DNA of 64,000 nt, taken from the IMG/VR virus record IMGVR_UViG_3300037245_003639; one strand, given 5' to 3'. The DNA comes from a virus. Under the pieces are notes generated by a model. It worked only from the letters and a program-made list of their open reading frames with translations, was not told the DNA's origin and did not search any database. Below are positions 20,182-31,057 of the stretch, one piece after another; within the stretch, counting starts at the first letter, position 1; each line of letters begins with the position of its first letter. The position numbers were made by a program, and so were the translations under genes.

Positions 20182-21167
20182 AAGTTCCAGATCCTGATTT
20201 CCGATACACATCAGAACCCGTTTTTTATGCAGATGACCAACTGACGGTTTATCGCGACGGCCCGTTTGTTAAAGCTGTAGACAGAGATGGAGATGTAATA
20301 AAGACCATTCGCATTTCGTCAAACTTCAAGTATTTCGAGTCTGTAGAGTTGGACGACGCAGTGTTGTTAATGTTCTCTGGTGAGCAAATTATCATCTTCG
20401 ATAAACTGGGAATGAATGTTACCTCCTATAAGTTGGCTACCCATAAATTTGGAACATGTGTCACCCCGATATCGGTACTCAAAGATTCTTTGGGGTTGGT
20501 TTTCGGGACTAGGAGTAGAGGGCATATCCAGTTTTTGAACTATGACTACAAAACACAGCAACGGACCTCGCAAACATCATCTTGGAAGATGGCCAATATC
20601 TCAGATACTGTTCTTCATAACGACAAGCTATATGCCTTGTTGGATAATTCTTTTATGCTCTGTGCTGACGTTGTAACGGGCGAAACATTGTGGACAAGAT
20701 TTGAAACAGGCCATATTTCCCCAAAGATTATTGCCGATGGAGATGATATTTTTTATGCCTGTCAGGGCGTGCTAAAACGTCGTAATCCCGATCTTGAATC
20801 CATCAAAATACCTCTTGTTAAAGTTCATACAGTAGAAGCTAAATTTGGTGATGGTGTAGTTCTGACTGCCATGCAAGGGAAAAGTCTGTGTTGCTATGAC
20901 CTAACAACAAAAAAGATAAGGTGGGAAATCCGCAGCAATCTATCCATTCAAGAAACTTGTCCAATACGTATTCTGATTGACGGCAAAATTCATGATGCTT
21001 TGGCTGTCCGCACCAAAGACCACGTAACAATCATAGATTGCTCTAAAGGAAAAACTGTATACCACAACAAGTTTGATAACCTTGTCCGTATACGCAAGAC
21101 GGGAAGCCACCTGTTATTGCATAAGTATAACGGTTCTACAGGTGTTATTGCAGGTGAATTTATCTAA
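20163..21167 (+). CDS. PQQ-like beta-propeller repeat protein
   Basis: repeats of form ADVVTGETLW / YDLTTKKIRW. Confidence 0.55.
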   Translation: MLDYAIKVPDPDFRYTSEPVFYADDQLTVYRDGPFVKAVDRDGDVIKTIRISSNFKYFESVELDDAVLLMFSGEQIIIFDKLGMNVTSYKLATHKFGTCVTPISVLKDSLGLVFGTRSRGHIQFLNYDYKTQQRTSQTSSWKMANISDTVLHNDKLYALLDNSFMLCADVVTGETLWTRFETGHISPKIIADGDDIFYACQGVLKRRNPDLESIKIPLVKVHTVEAKFGDGVVLTAMQGKSLCCYDLTTKKIRWEIRSNLSIQETCPIRILIDGKIHDALAVRTKDHVTIIDCSKGKTVYHNKFDNLVRIRKTGSHLLLHKYNGSTGVIAGEFI

Positions 21168-21269
21168 TGATCGACTGGCTTTTATACACATGGGAACTGC
21201 TATACTTCTATCTTCATGATTTCATATTGCACACTTGCGAGGAAACAGATTCCTGCTGTAGGAGATAAT

Positions 21270-21638
21270 ATGGAAACTTTAATCGGCGGTTCTTTAGTGG
21301 TTTTCGCTATCACTCTTATAGTCACCAAAGCCAAGGTATTGGAGTGCAAGAGACAGTTTGTTAAAGAACGCTATCAAGCCAGTTGGGTAGGTGATCAGAA
21401 ACCAGGATGGCTGCACTGGTGGTGGCACGCGATGTGGACATGTTCAATGTGCTTGGGGGCATGGGTTGCACTCGTTATTGCCCCATGGTTTTACTGTTTT
21501 GGCTATGTTTTCGACGTATTAATTTTCTTCAGCGCAAATTGGTTAATCCATTGTGTGGAAGACTTTATGTTTCAGACTGCAACTTTTTCCAAGAAATTTC
21601 TTAACAACGATGGAAATGGATTTGACGCTGATGTATGA
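21270..21638 (+). CDS. hypothetical Trp-rich membrane protein
   Basis: GGAGAT SD before ATG 21270; hydrophobic segments. Confidence 0.45.
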   Translation: METLIGGSLVVFAITLIVTKAKVLECKRQFVKERYQASWVGDQKPGWLHWWWHAMWTCSMCLGAWVALVIAPWFYCFGYVFDVLIFFSANWLIHCVEDFMFQTATFSKKFLNNDGNGFDADV

Positions 21639-21730
21639 TGTAGGCGTCGAGAGCGTTTCTCGGCGGTTATCGCCACCTGCGGCGATTCATAAGTAGCAGA
21701 GTGAGTGAGTTGTGCGTAAGGAGAAGTGAA

Positions 21731-22675
21731 ATGTCCAGCACACCTATCGTTCCCACCTGGCAGGCTGAATTCGATTCGAGAATCGCAGCATTTTCCGAAG
21801 CAATTGGAGTTGAAAAAGCGAAAGTTCGTGAAGTGCTCGCTGACTACGGGGCGGACGGCAAGTCAGCCCAAAGTCTTCAAGTCATCGACAGTGAGAAGAC
21901 CCTTCCAATGAATGAGTTGTTCACAATGTTCGTGGACAACGGTTTGACTCAGAGAGGCAGGATGCGTCTTGCTGCCGATCATCTTTGGGGTAAAACGTCT
22001 TTCGAAGAGCCAGCAACTTCTGAGGAGTCGTCCTCTGGTGTTCTTGGCAGTGTCGTTGGGGTTATCAGAGACATGACGGCTGGCATGCGACCCAAAACCG
22101 ATTGGTCGGATCGGGAATTGCTCGAAGCTTACGACGAGACCTCTAACGAAATCTGGGAGATTCTCCGCAAGCGTTCCCACGGGCGTCCGTTTATTGTCAA
22201 CCTTCCCGACAACAGCGGTATCAGCATCGATGAATCCCTCAAGCTGTTGAAAATCGCCAAGAAGCAACCTACCAGCAACAAGCATAAGATTGGTGGCAAA
22301 CTGCTTCACGTTTTCCGCGCAGGCGAGTTCCTCACTACAACGGTAGACGAATCGCCGTTCTGTCGTGGTGTAGCCCTGGTCGGTGATTACTGCTCACAGA
22401 GCGACACCAACTGGGAAGGCGTTTGCCACGAGGCCCGGGTTATCTGTCGGCTGCATGTCGATAAAGTCGAATCGGCAGCGTTGAGCAAGCGGGAGATGAA
22501 GCAGGTTGCGAAGATTGCCAAGAATTTGGAAGAGCTTCGCGATGAGCTTTCCGACGCTGCGTTGATGCATGACGAGTTGAAGGTACAAGACGAACGTCAA
22601 CTACCATCACTCAAGATCAACCCAGACAAAACTTGTCCGCAGTCGTTCCACGGCAAGACGGATAACGCTTTTTAA
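21731..22675 (+). CDS. hypothetical protein
   Basis: AAGGAGAAG SD before ATG 21731. Confidence 0.5.
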   Translation: MSSTPIVPTWQAEFDSRIAAFSEAIGVEKAKVREVLADYGADGKSAQSLQVIDSEKTLPMNELFTMFVDNGLTQRGRMRLAADHLWGKTSFEEPATSEESSSGVLGSVVGVIRDMTAGMRPKTDWSDRELLEAYDETSNEIWEILRKRSHGRPFIVNLPDNSGISIDESLKLLKIAKKQPTSNKHKIGGKLLHVFRAGEFLTTTVDESPFCRGVALVGDYCSQSDTNWEGVCHEARVICRLHVDKVESAALSKREMKQVAKIAKNLEELRDELSDAALMHDELKVQDERQLPSLKINPDKTCPQSFHGKTDNAF

Positions 22676-22735
22676 AATGAGAATTTGGGGCGGGGCAGGG
22701 TTTAACCCTGCCCGCCTCCGTTTTGGAGATTTACT

Positions 22736-23923
22736 ATGCGTCAAAATGACTTTACAGCATCAGTCAGGCGTACAACGGTAGTCAATGTGGACGAAGAAAA
22801 CCACAGATTGCCTCCTGACCATGGTCCGTTCAAAGAGTTCAAAGTAGCAGATTGGTTTTGCCCAGATGAATGGAGCAAAGACGGCGTTTTCATCTCGATC
22901 AAAGAAGGCGATCCCATGTGGTTCGACTTCCGAGGCAACGATGATTGCGCCATTCTCTGCGCTATCCAACGACTCAATCCGGTTACTGGTGATCCCGCCA
23001 ACCTCGAAGGTGGGCTGAGCAAAGATCCGAAGCAGAATTACCTGCGAATGCCCCAGCAACAATGGCTCGACGGCTATGCCAAAGATGGCAAGGTCTATCA
23101 ATTCATCGTGACTAAAGCGGGTGAGGGTTTGGCTGTCAGCGAGTTTGTCTTGCCCAAGCATATGCAGGACAGTCATGCTGTTGGCTTCGCTTTCTTCGGG
23201 CCGAAAAACCCGAAGCCCAAACCCGTGTATCTTCCCAGATCGATGTCGTCACCCACCCTTTATAGTTGCTCTTCTATCCCCATGGGTAATTATGACCAAA
23301 TAACGAAAGGTGACTCGGTAAAAATCGGGGCTAGAATGAAGAACCTTTGTTCCAGCGGTGGCAAAAAGGGGGGGATGTCTGCTGGCGGTTTCGCGAACGA
23401 CAGCTTGGACGATTGTGGAGCTGATGCTGCAATCGATTTCGATGCTGCATCAATTGACTGCTTTGCGGCTCCTGCGGATAGTAGCGGAGATTGTGTTTAC
23501 TCCGAGGGTGAAGTCGAAGTCAAAACAAGCAGTTATGTCGCAATTCCCGATGTCGAAACCGAAGTCAATTATTCCAAGGATGATGTAAAAGTCCAGGAAA
23601 AAATTCCAGAGCATTTGATGGAAGTCGTCGAAGCCGAAGTAGTTGACCGCTTGGAAGAAGTCGATCATACTCAATTCGACAAGGCATCGATGGGCATGGG
23701 AGGTCGCATCAGCCAACTAATCACAACTGACGATAACACGGTCGAATACTATACCGAAAAACCAGCCGCTGTTCTAACTATCTACTTCTGCCTGCCCGAA
23801 CAATTCGAGGCTATCATGAAGCAAGGCGAGCGTCAGGATGCGCAGAAGCAAGATAAATTCGTCCACTCAGGCGAGGTTGGTGGAGTGCAGGTGCCGTTGG
23901 TGAAATCCGCTAAGCAAGACTAA
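22736..23923 (+). CDS. hypothetical protein with acidic C-terminal half
   Basis: 395-aa ORF. Confidence 0.55.
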   Translation: MRQNDFTASVRRTTVVNVDEENHRLPPDHGPFKEFKVADWFCPDEWSKDGVFISIKEGDPMWFDFRGNDDCAILCAIQRLNPVTGDPANLEGGLSKDPKQNYLRMPQQQWLDGYAKDGKVYQFIVTKAGEGLAVSEFVLPKHMQDSHAVGFAFFGPKNPKPKPVYLPRSMSSPTLYSCSSIPMGNYDQITKGDSVKIGARMKNLCSSGGKKGGMSAGGFANDSLDDCGADAAIDFDAASIDCFAAPADSSGDCVYSEGEVEVKTSSYVAIPDVETEVNYSKDDVKVQEKIPEHLMEVVEAEVVDRLEEVDHTQFDKASMGMGGRISQLITTDDNTVEYYTEKPAAVLTIYFCLPEQFEAIMKQGERQDAQKQDKFVHSGEVGGVQVPLVKSAKQD

Positions 23924-24407
23924 CCAACCGCATCGATTCGGTACCAGCGAGATCTGGTTCGTCCAGGTCTCGCTTTACCATTTTAACTTGAGCCAAAGCT
24001 GACTCTGCTTTTTTGAGTTGAAGTCTTAGTTGATTCTGTAGGTTATTTTCTTTGATTTTTCGTTCCAGGCTCGATAGTATTTCTTCCACAGCATCAATGC
24101 CCTCGAACGTACATACGGAATCTACCCTGTATTTGACGACCTGCTTTAGGGTCTCAATGTCATGATCGCAGCAACAGGCAACAATAATGGCATCCTGGTT
24201 TTCTTCTCTGATGGCTTTTATGATGTTGACAGCATTGTCCAGTTGCATAGAGACAACGTAAATATCACATTGCTGCACAGTTTCATCACAAGAGTAACGC
24301 GCTAATCGCGTCTGTTGTGAATTGATGAGCTTTGGTAAGTTCAGTTGGACATAATCAAAGCACGGACAATCATGGCCATAAATACCAATGATAGTTTTTG
24401 AATCCAT
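23910..24407 (-). CDS. hypothetical protein
   Basis: 165-aa ORF. Confidence 0.5.
   Translation of the reverse strand: MDSKTIIGIYGHDCPCFDYVQLNLPKLINSQQTRLARYSCDETVQQCDIYVVSMQLDNAVNIIKAIREENQDAIIVACCCDHDIETLKQVVKYRVDSVCTFEGIDAVEEILSSLERKIKENNLQNQLRLQLKKAESALAQVKMVKRDLDEPDLAGTESMRLVSLA
23946..23977. terminator. bidirectional rho-independent terminator between convergent genes
   Basis: 12-bp stem AGCGAGATCTGG/CCAGGTCTCGCT, loop TTCGT, T-run after. Confidence 0.6.
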
Positions 24408-24420
24408 TTTTTTTCGGCCC

Positions 24421-24807
24421 CTACGACATTAGTTTGAATATTAGCGCTACAATACCTCCGATTGCAGTAGCCGTGGCGACGATGGTAGTCAGGATAAGTT
24501 TCACCCAATATCCAGGTTTGGACATCAGCTCCCGAAAGTCTTGGACAGTGACCTTTAACTCAGTTATTTCTTCTTTTAGGTCAGTCACGGGTTTGTCTCG
24601 TTTAGTGAGTTCATCAGTGATATGGTGTTTTATCTCTGAACGAAACCCATTTTTGAAATGGTCGTTGATTTCTTGGAGATTACGGGCAGAATCTTCCACA
24701 GCAGACTTTAGCCCCGTCATAGCTTCGGTGGAGGCTTGCTGCATGTCGATCATTTTATCGAGGATCTCAGAAATTAGACCCAACGCACTGTTCTTGTCAT
24801 CTGGCAT
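24421..24807 (-). CDS. coiled-coil protein with C-terminal transmembrane anchor
   Basis: C-terminal LILTTIVATATAIGGIVALIF segment. Confidence 0.45.
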   Translation of the reverse strand: MPDDKNSALGLISEILDKMIDMQQASTEAMTGLKSAVEDSARNLQEINDHFKNGFRSEIKHHITDELTKRDKPVTDLKEEITELKVTVQDFRELMSKPGYWVKLILTTIVATATAIGGIVALIFKLMS

Positions 24808-24884
24808 GAATGGGCGACTCCTTATACCTTTATTCTCTACTATGAACGCAGGATATAGACCTGCGCATAAGGTATAATTTCAAT

Positions 24885-26645
24885 ATGCTAGTTGTGAAAA
24901 GTTATCAACTGAACAAAACAGCGGCCCTACCTGCTGATATTTCTTTGCCTCTGGATGGTAAAGAGGAGCAAATCTTCTCTTTTATCAGACGGGCCATAGG
25001 TTCTATGCCCAAAGCTCCTGTGGCTCGGGTCGCCGGGGGCTGGGTGCGTGATAAATTACTGGGAAAACCGTCGAAAGACATTGATATTACAGTCGAAGGA
25101 ACCACAGGAGTTGAATTTGCAAATGCTCTCAGACAATATGCCATCGAAACCCAAGGAACAAAACAGAACATAGTTAGTCGGGTCAAAGACACAGAAGCGC
25201 GTCCCGAGCAAATCAAGAACTTGGCTGTTGCATTCCTGCGTATCTTTGATCAGGATATGGAAATTCTTGATCTGCGAGCAATCGAGTTCTATGAGAAGGG
25301 CAATCGAAATCCCACTGTGATTCGTCTCGAAGAGTTGAAAGCCATTGCACAACAACAGGGAATTCCGAGTTTCGTCAAAGACAAAGCTCCCCATTTGTTA
25401 TCTGCCATTAGCAAATTACCACATGGTAACAGCAACCATCCCAATGAAGTTCTTAAAACCCTTGACGCTCATCGACGAGATCTTACGATAAACTCGCTTT
25501 TCTACAACATCAACACAACGGAGATTGAGGATTTTACAGGTGAGGGATATGACGATTTGCTGACAATGACATTGCGGACTCCTATTGAACCCGTGAAAAC
25601 TTTTCAAGATGACCCTTTGCGAGTTCTTAGGATTCTGCGTTTCCACAGTCGTTACCCGAATTCCAAGATAGCCCCCGAAATTATTCAAGCAATGGCAGAT
25701 GAAGAAGTACAACATCAGATTACTCGTCGTCTTATCAAAGCAGATGAAACCGCAGGCATCGTCCCTGAAAGGACTGCTGAGGAATTACGCAAGCTAATGA
25801 TGGGAGCCCAGCCCGAAGCCGCTCTGCGGGTGATGCATGAAACGGGCCTGCTCCAGAAGATGTTTAATCTGCCAAAGGAATTTCACCCTCTGAATATGGA
25901 CCAAATGAGTTCATATCACAGTCTATCGGTTATTGAGCATATTCTAAATGTAGTAAAGAATGTCAATAACCTAGCCCAGGAATTCAATCTGTCTGGCCAG
26001 GAGAGGATGTTTCTAAATCTGGCCTCTCTATTCCACGACCTTGGGAAACTTGATCCTCGATCACATAAAGCAAAACCAGATGGAACAAGAGGCTATTCAG
26101 GAAGTGAAGCTGATGATTCACTGACCCATGAGCAATCCAGCTCAGATATGTGGGAAAGATTCGCGAGGGCTCTGAGGCTCAGTGATAAAGAACGGACAAC
26201 CATCCAAGATGTTGTTTCGGGGCACATGCGTCCACATGCTCACTTCGAGAATGAGATGCAATCTGCATCGGATAGAACATTACGACGTTATATGCGTAAA
26301 AACCCCCTATGGAAGTTGCAATATATCCTTGCCATGGGTGATGCTATGTCCAAAGCAGATGAGCCCGAGCCGCAGGCAGCAGACCCATATCGAGCAACCT
26401 ATGAGTACATGCAATCCCCAGGTTTTACCCCTCCACCGAAAAGTACTGAAAGACCTTTAGTAGATGGGCATCGAATCATCGAATTGGTTGGAGCCCATCC
26501 AAAGTCAGGTTACATTGAAGATGTCAAAGAGGAAATCAATCGCCTCCGCGATGAGAATCCTGCCTTAACTATTCAAGAAGCAGAACAGTTTATTCTCCAA
26601 ATGAAGGCCGATGGAGCATTCGCCCATCTTCCTCCTCTCCGTTAG
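24885..26645 (+). CDS. cca: CCA-adding tRNA nucleotidyltransferase with HD domain
   Basis: GGWVRDKLLG...DIDITVEG head motif, RRDLTINSLFYN, DPLRVLRILRF, HD motif LFHDLGK. Confidence 0.85.
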   Translation: MLVVKSYQLNKTAALPADISLPLDGKEEQIFSFIRRAIGSMPKAPVARVAGGWVRDKLLGKPSKDIDITVEGTTGVEFANALRQYAIETQGTKQNIVSRVKDTEARPEQIKNLAVAFLRIFDQDMEILDLRAIEFYEKGNRNPTVIRLEELKAIAQQQGIPSFVKDKAPHLLSAISKLPHGNSNHPNEVLKTLDAHRRDLTINSLFYNINTTEIEDFTGEGYDDLLTMTLRTPIEPVKTFQDDPLRVLRILRFHSRYPNSKIAPEIIQAMADEEVQHQITRRLIKADETAGIVPERTAEELRKLMMGAQPEAALRVMHETGLLQKMFNLPKEFHPLNMDQMSSYHSLSVIEHILNVVKNVNNLAQEFNLSGQERMFLNLASLFHDLGKLDPRSHKAKPDGTRGYSGSEADDSLTHEQSSSDMWERFARALRLSDKERTTIQDVVSGHMRPHAHFENEMQSASDRTLRRYMRKNPLWKLQYILAMGDAMSKADEPEPQAADPYRATYEYMQSPGFTPPPKSTERPLVDGHRIIELVGAHPKSGYIEDVKEEINRLRDENPALTIQEAEQFILQMKADGAFAHLPPLR

Positions 26646-26678
26646 TGCGTATAATATCGCAGACAGGAGAATGAACAT

Positions 26679-27668
26679 ATGTTGTTTCTCAAACGTTTGC
26701 GGTTACAGAATTTCTGCAACTTCGAAGATCATACTTTCGATTTCATGAAAGCAGACGGATCGCCAGAGCGATTCGTCTGCTTCTATGGTCCTAATGGAAT
26801 CGGAAAAAGCACATTATTAGAAGCTATTAGCCTGTTGACCAGCGATCAGACGGGACGCCCAATATCTTATGTACGCAATTCATTACGCAAGTATGTCCGT
26901 AACCCAGACTATAACCCTTCCTATCAGAAGCTCATAGGACATACATACAAAAACCAGATTATCACAGGCAATGTAGAGAATGAACTTCCAGAAATGCAGA
27001 TTGAGGGGACATATGAATACGAAGGCAAAGATTATACGATTCTCATGAATCAGGACGGCTGGGTTCGTAATGAGTTTCTTAGTGGAGCCTCTGAAAGACA
27101 TGAGAAGCAAGGGCCTTGGTTTCAGAACGAACTAAAAATGCGGCGAAGAATTTCTCACTCCATCAAAACTGACTCCGACCTTTCATTGAACTCATTCCAG
27201 ATTCATTTCGCCTACCAAAAAGAGTTCGAGGAAATCGTTTCGACCGTGATGCGTTACCCTATCCAATGTATCCGGAGACCAGAGCTAAGTGATACCAAAG
27301 AAGATTTCTGCACAGATGTGGTATTGGTGAAAAATAAGCACCGTATTCATTTCAAACGCATGAGTGCCGGTGAGCGTAAAATCTTGAAGTCATTCAGCGA
27401 GGTTTTGAACCTCATGCACACTTTAGCCCACCCAAGGCCAGGTGATCCAGCTATGCCTGGTTGGCCAAAGCTGCTATTAATGGATAATCTCGTAATGCAC
27501 GTTTATTACGACCGACATGCGACAATGGTCGATTGCTTGAAGCGCGTTTTTAACGAACAACAGATATTCGCCACCACCCACAGTGGAACACTCATCAACC
27601 AGCAACTGGCAAAAGAGAATGACTGGGAGAATGAGCTTTGGTTTGATCTGGAAAAGATCAACTTATAG
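26679..27668 (+). CDS. ABC/SMC-type ATPase (AAA_21-like)
   Basis: LRLQNFCNF start, Walker A GPNGIGKST, signature-like SAGERK, Walker B LLLMDN (Asn in place of Glu), H-loop TTHSG. Confidence 0.65.
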   Translation: MLFLKRLRLQNFCNFEDHTFDFMKADGSPERFVCFYGPNGIGKSTLLEAISLLTSDQTGRPISYVRNSLRKYVRNPDYNPSYQKLIGHTYKNQIITGNVENELPEMQIEGTYEYEGKDYTILMNQDGWVRNEFLSGASERHEKQGPWFQNELKMRRRISHSIKTDSDLSLNSFQIHFAYQKEFEEIVSTVMRYPIQCIRRPELSDTKEDFCTDVVLVKNKHRIHFKRMSAGERKILKSFSEVLNLMHTLAHPRPGDPAMPGWPKLLLMDNLVMHVYYDRHATMVDCLKRVFNEQQIFATTHSGTLINQQLAKENDWENELWFDLEKINL

Positions 27669-28059
27669 GCGTGTCCTCACCGAACAGGTCAAAATCTTCG
27701 TCGATGATTGTTGGATTCAATAAATTCGATTCAAGAACTGATCTGGCAAGTTTCCACTGATCAAGACAATGCATACGCAAAGCTTCTCCGTCAGGCTCGT
27801 TTTGCAACTTGGCTGTACGCCCCAACTTCGTGCCCTCTAGAAATTGAGTTCGCATCGAAGCATCCAAATCGATGCTTTTGTGGACTATTTTGTCCCACAA
27901 TTGGACAATGCCCTGTAGAACTTCAGGTGGCATACTGTTAACCGCCATATTGTAAAGCAGAATACGATCAAGCATGCGCAGATATCCCTCTACGCGCTCT
28001 TGGTCCGTGTTTCGGATTTTAGTTTTGATTTGTTTTTCCATCTTAGGCTGGGTCTCCAA
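27658..28059 (-). CDS. hypothetical protein
   Basis: 133-aa ORF. Confidence 0.5.
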   Translation of the reverse strand: METQPKMEKQIKTKIRNTDQERVEGYLRMLDRILLYNMAVNSMPPEVLQGIVQLWDKIVHKSIDLDASMRTQFLEGTKLGRTAKLQNEPDGEALRMHCLDQWKLARSVLESNLLNPTIIDEDFDLFGEDTPIS

Positions 28060-28252
28060 GAGCAGCTACATATCCTGACCACCATATATCAGCCACTTCT
28101 TTGGTGATTGGTTGTTCTGCAACGAGGATAACTACTTCCTCTTGTGTTTGGTCAACGAGATACAGGCTCTTTATTATTCCACTGTTATCGGCATATTCCT
28201 GTAATATATTCAATACAGAGCGGACCTCGTTCTTGCAAATTATCGGCTTCAT
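28043..28252 (-). CDS. hypothetical small protein
   Basis: 69-aa ORF. Confidence 0.3.
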   Translation of the reverse strand: MKPIICKNEVRSVLNILQEYADNSGIIKSLYLVDQTQEEVVILVAEQPITKEVADIWWSGYVAALGDPA

Positions 28253-28255
28253 TAG

Positions 28256-28594
28256 CTACGCCTTCGCATATTGGATTTTTAGAAGCGCAGCCCGTTTTGC
28301 AAAGAGTTGAAACGAGAAAAAATTGCCTTCTCTGAAAATAATCCAGTGTAAGTCCGAAAAACCGTAGACAGAACCGATGTCCGGTTCTTCTGGTTCCACA
28401 TCACCCGATGCAAGAATTACTCTATCAGGTGTTTCCCAATTCATTTTGCCCTCGTATTTTTTCATCTTTCCGTTTGCCCAAACACGAAGATGAGTAATTT
28501 CTTTTTCAGTCACGGTGGCGGGGTTGAGAATCCATTTGGGCTCTCGTCTCTTGTTTATAACGTCTTCGGGCGGGGGTGGATCTACTTTGGCCAT
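28256..28594 (-). CDS. hypothetical protein
   Basis: 112-aa ORF. Confidence 0.45.
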   Translation of the reverse strand: MAKVDPPPPEDVINKRREPKWILNPATVTEKEITHLRVWANGKMKKYEGKMNWETPDRVILASGDVEPEEPDIGSVYGFSDLHWIIFREGNFFSFQLFAKRAALLKIQYAKA

Positions 28595-28655
28595 AATAAC
28601 CTCCAGGTCATTATACCTGCGTTTGAGTATAATGCACTGTAATCGGAGATGCTAT

Positions 28656-29090
28656 ATGCCAGCCTATGACTATGCTTGTAATAAGTGCGGATTAGTAAAT
28701 GAAATCCGCCACGGAATGACTGAAACCAAGAAATATAAATGCACGGAATGTGGGCATAAATACATGGAGAAGCAGATAAGCGCGACATTTCATGTGGCCC
28801 AGAGTTATCACGCTGGCCCAACCATGGCAGACCGCAAAGAAGGAGAACACACCAAAAGGGTTAAGGATTTAGACCGAGCTGTCAAAGCTCGTAAACGACA
28901 ATTCGGTTTTGACGCTGTCGGAACTCCAGTAGATACGCCAGACCCAAAACATATCGTGAAAAGGGGGCGCACTCTCGGCGGGCAGCAACTTGAAGTAGAC
29001 AAAACAGAATTTGTGAAGGCAGCAGCCAAAGACCCAGCTATGGTCAAAAAAGCTCAAGATGCACTAAAGAAGAGCAGAAGCAAAAAGTAA
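28656..29090 (+). CDS. FmdB-family zinc-ribbon protein with basic C-terminal tail
   Basis: MPAYDYACNKCG...CTECG pattern; GGAGAT SD; TATAAT at 28628-28633. Confidence 0.55.
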   Translation: MPAYDYACNKCGLVNEIRHGMTETKKYKCTECGHKYMEKQISATFHVAQSYHAGPTMADRKEGEHTKRVKDLDRAVKARKRQFGFDAVGTPVDTPDPKHIVKRGRTLGGQQLEVDKTEFVKAAAKDPAMVKKAQDALKKSRSKK

Positions 29091-29119
29091 ATTGGCTGAT
29101 CCCAATTGAGGACTTGTAA

Positions 29120-31057
29120 ATGAACAGGCCATATATTAATAAAAAAGTTACCGTTATTTTACCATGCAAAAACAGAGATCTGAGTTTGTATCAAGTTTTG
29201 CCTGCATGGTTTTGTCAGATAAAACATGCCCAAATTGTTATTGTGGATTACTCATCTCGTAGTTCTCTCTATAGTTTGGTGAAAGAGATTTGCAACCGAC
29301 ACAAAAAAACTCTGGCATACGATATGCCGCACTCCGATGCGGACTGTCTTATTCTCACGGTTAAAGATAAACAGTTCTTCAACATGAGCCATGCTATTAA
29401 TTACGCCATCACCAGAACCACATCAGACGTGATTTCGATTGCAGGATGTGAGAGCTTACCGACTCCTTACTATCTTGAGATAACGTGTAACCTGATCGAT
29501 CATTCCACTTTTACGAGATGCATTCGAGGGAGACTCACCTTTCCTCGACACCTGATAGAGCAAATTAATGGTTATCCCGAACTCATGGAATATTGGGGAG
29601 GGGAAGATGATATTGTAGCTTATCAGTTTACTCAACTTGGAGCCATGTGTATCGATCTTGATTATCTCTTGGCTCGTAATATGCAAACATCGGACTTCCA
29701 TAATCCTTTGCAAGGTTATGCCAATGAGGAACTAAATCTAAACAGGCAATACTCAGAACAAAATGATAACATTAAATACCGGAAAAACGATATAGCAAAA
29801 AAATTTGAAGGAGTAAAAAAGAACAGAAAAGCTTTCGCTCAATATTGCAAAGACTTCGGAGATGAAAAAACAAACAACTACGGGAAAGCCTATGGAGATG
29901 AGCTATCGGTACTGTTGACGCCTCAATCCCAGAAGATGGTGGTAGATGTACTCCCTGAAATCGCATGCCCACCTGTGGCCTCCCGATGCGTCGGCTCCAG
30001 ATGTGCAGTAATAATTCCTTGCATGAATAGATTAGAGAACCTTAAGGCAACTCTGCCTATGTGGTTATCTCAATTACACCAAAACAAACAAATCGTTATC
30101 ATTGATTATAACTCAAAAGTTCCAATTCTGCCACATGTCAAAGATATCTGTGAGGGATTCAAAATGTCTCTCGTTTATAACGAGTACGATGTTGACGCTG
30201 ATGTAGTAGTGTTCAGATTAGATGGCCAGGAACACTTTAATATATCACATGCGTATAACTATGTAGTCAAACGAATTAAAACAGAGGTTCTATCGTTCGC
30301 TTGTGCTGATACATGCCCAGTTGACTATTATCTTGATTTAGTGACCCATGCTGTCGATGAGAAATCAATAATTCAAACCTGGTGGGGGTTGCATACTATA
30401 ACCTATGAGAATTGGAAGAAACTAAATGGGCATCAAGAGTTTTTAGTGGGCTGGGGAGGAGAAGACAGCGACTTTATGGAAAGAGCCGTTTTGATGGGGC
30501 TTAGTTTTGTACATATACCCAAGAACTATTGCTTCCATATACCACAAACACCAGATGCTAAAGGGCAATACAGAGAAGTCAAGCAAATCGACCGTAGCAA
30601 TGCAATTAATATTGCTCGATTCAATCAATATCAGGCACTAAGGGGATATGTCGGAAATTACAAAGATAAAATCGGTGGAAACGAGCCTCTACCATATTTT
30701 GGAACAGAAGAAATACTCTATGTACTGCATGTTTTTGAATATCACGGTGAAGTAGATACGAGCAAATTGCCGCAACTCGCCAAACGAGGCAAAGAAGGTA
30801 TCTTCTACCTGGTTGTTGACGCTGTTGTTTCATTATCGCTTTTTTCAAAAGAAAAATGGCAGCAATGGCTAGATGCAGGTAAAGTAAAAGACCACATCAG
30901 CAAGATGATCCCTGATAACTCTGACATTACTGTTGACAAGTTTCTTTCAAATATTTACATTGAAATCGAAAATAAACATAAGAACCAAATACCTCAAGAT
31001 ACGGAAGAACTTCATGAAGCCAAAAGGCACAACCCTTTGCATAATAATGACGTATAA
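29120..31057 (+). CDS. tandem-duplicated GT-A fold glycosyltransferase (two GT2/GT7-like modules)
   Basis: two repeats of VIxPCxNR...IVIxDY...WGGED (WGGEDDIVAYQ and WGGEDSDFMERA). Confidence 0.65.
   Translation: MNRPYINKKVTVILPCKNRDLSLYQVLPAWFCQIKHAQIVIVDYSSRSSLYSLVKEICNRHKKTLAYDMPHSDADCLILTVKDKQFFNMSHAINYAITRTTSDVISIAGCESLPTPYYLEITCNLIDHSTFTRCIRGRLTFPRHLIEQINGYPELMEYWGGEDDIVAYQFTQLGAMCIDLDYLLARNMQTSDFHNPLQGYANEELNLNRQYSEQNDNIKYRKNDIAKKFEGVKKNRKAFAQYCKDFGDEKTNNYGKAYGDELSVLLTPQSQKMVVDVLPEIACPPVASRCVGSRCAVIIPCMNRLENLKATLPMWLSQLHQNKQIVIIDYNSKVPILPHVKDICEGFKMSLVYNEYDVDADVVVFRLDGQEHFNISHAYNYVVKRIKTEVLSFACADTCPVDYYLDLVTHAVDEKSIIQTWWGLHTITYENWKKLNGHQEFLVGWGGEDSDFMERAVLMGLSFVHIPKNYCFHIPQTPDAKGQYREVKQIDRSNAINIARFNQYQALRGYVGNYKDKIGGNEPLPYFGTEEILYVLHVFEYHGEVDTSKLPQLAKRGKEGIFYLVVDAVVSLSLFSKEKWQQWLDAGKVKDHISKMIPDNSDITVDKFLSNIYIEIENKHKNQIPQDTEELHEAKRHNPLHNNDV

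Noticed and set aside
28605-28633. Sigma70 promoter for the FmdB-like gene
   Set aside because: Good TATAAT, but the -35 is weak (AGGTCA); not listed as a separate feature
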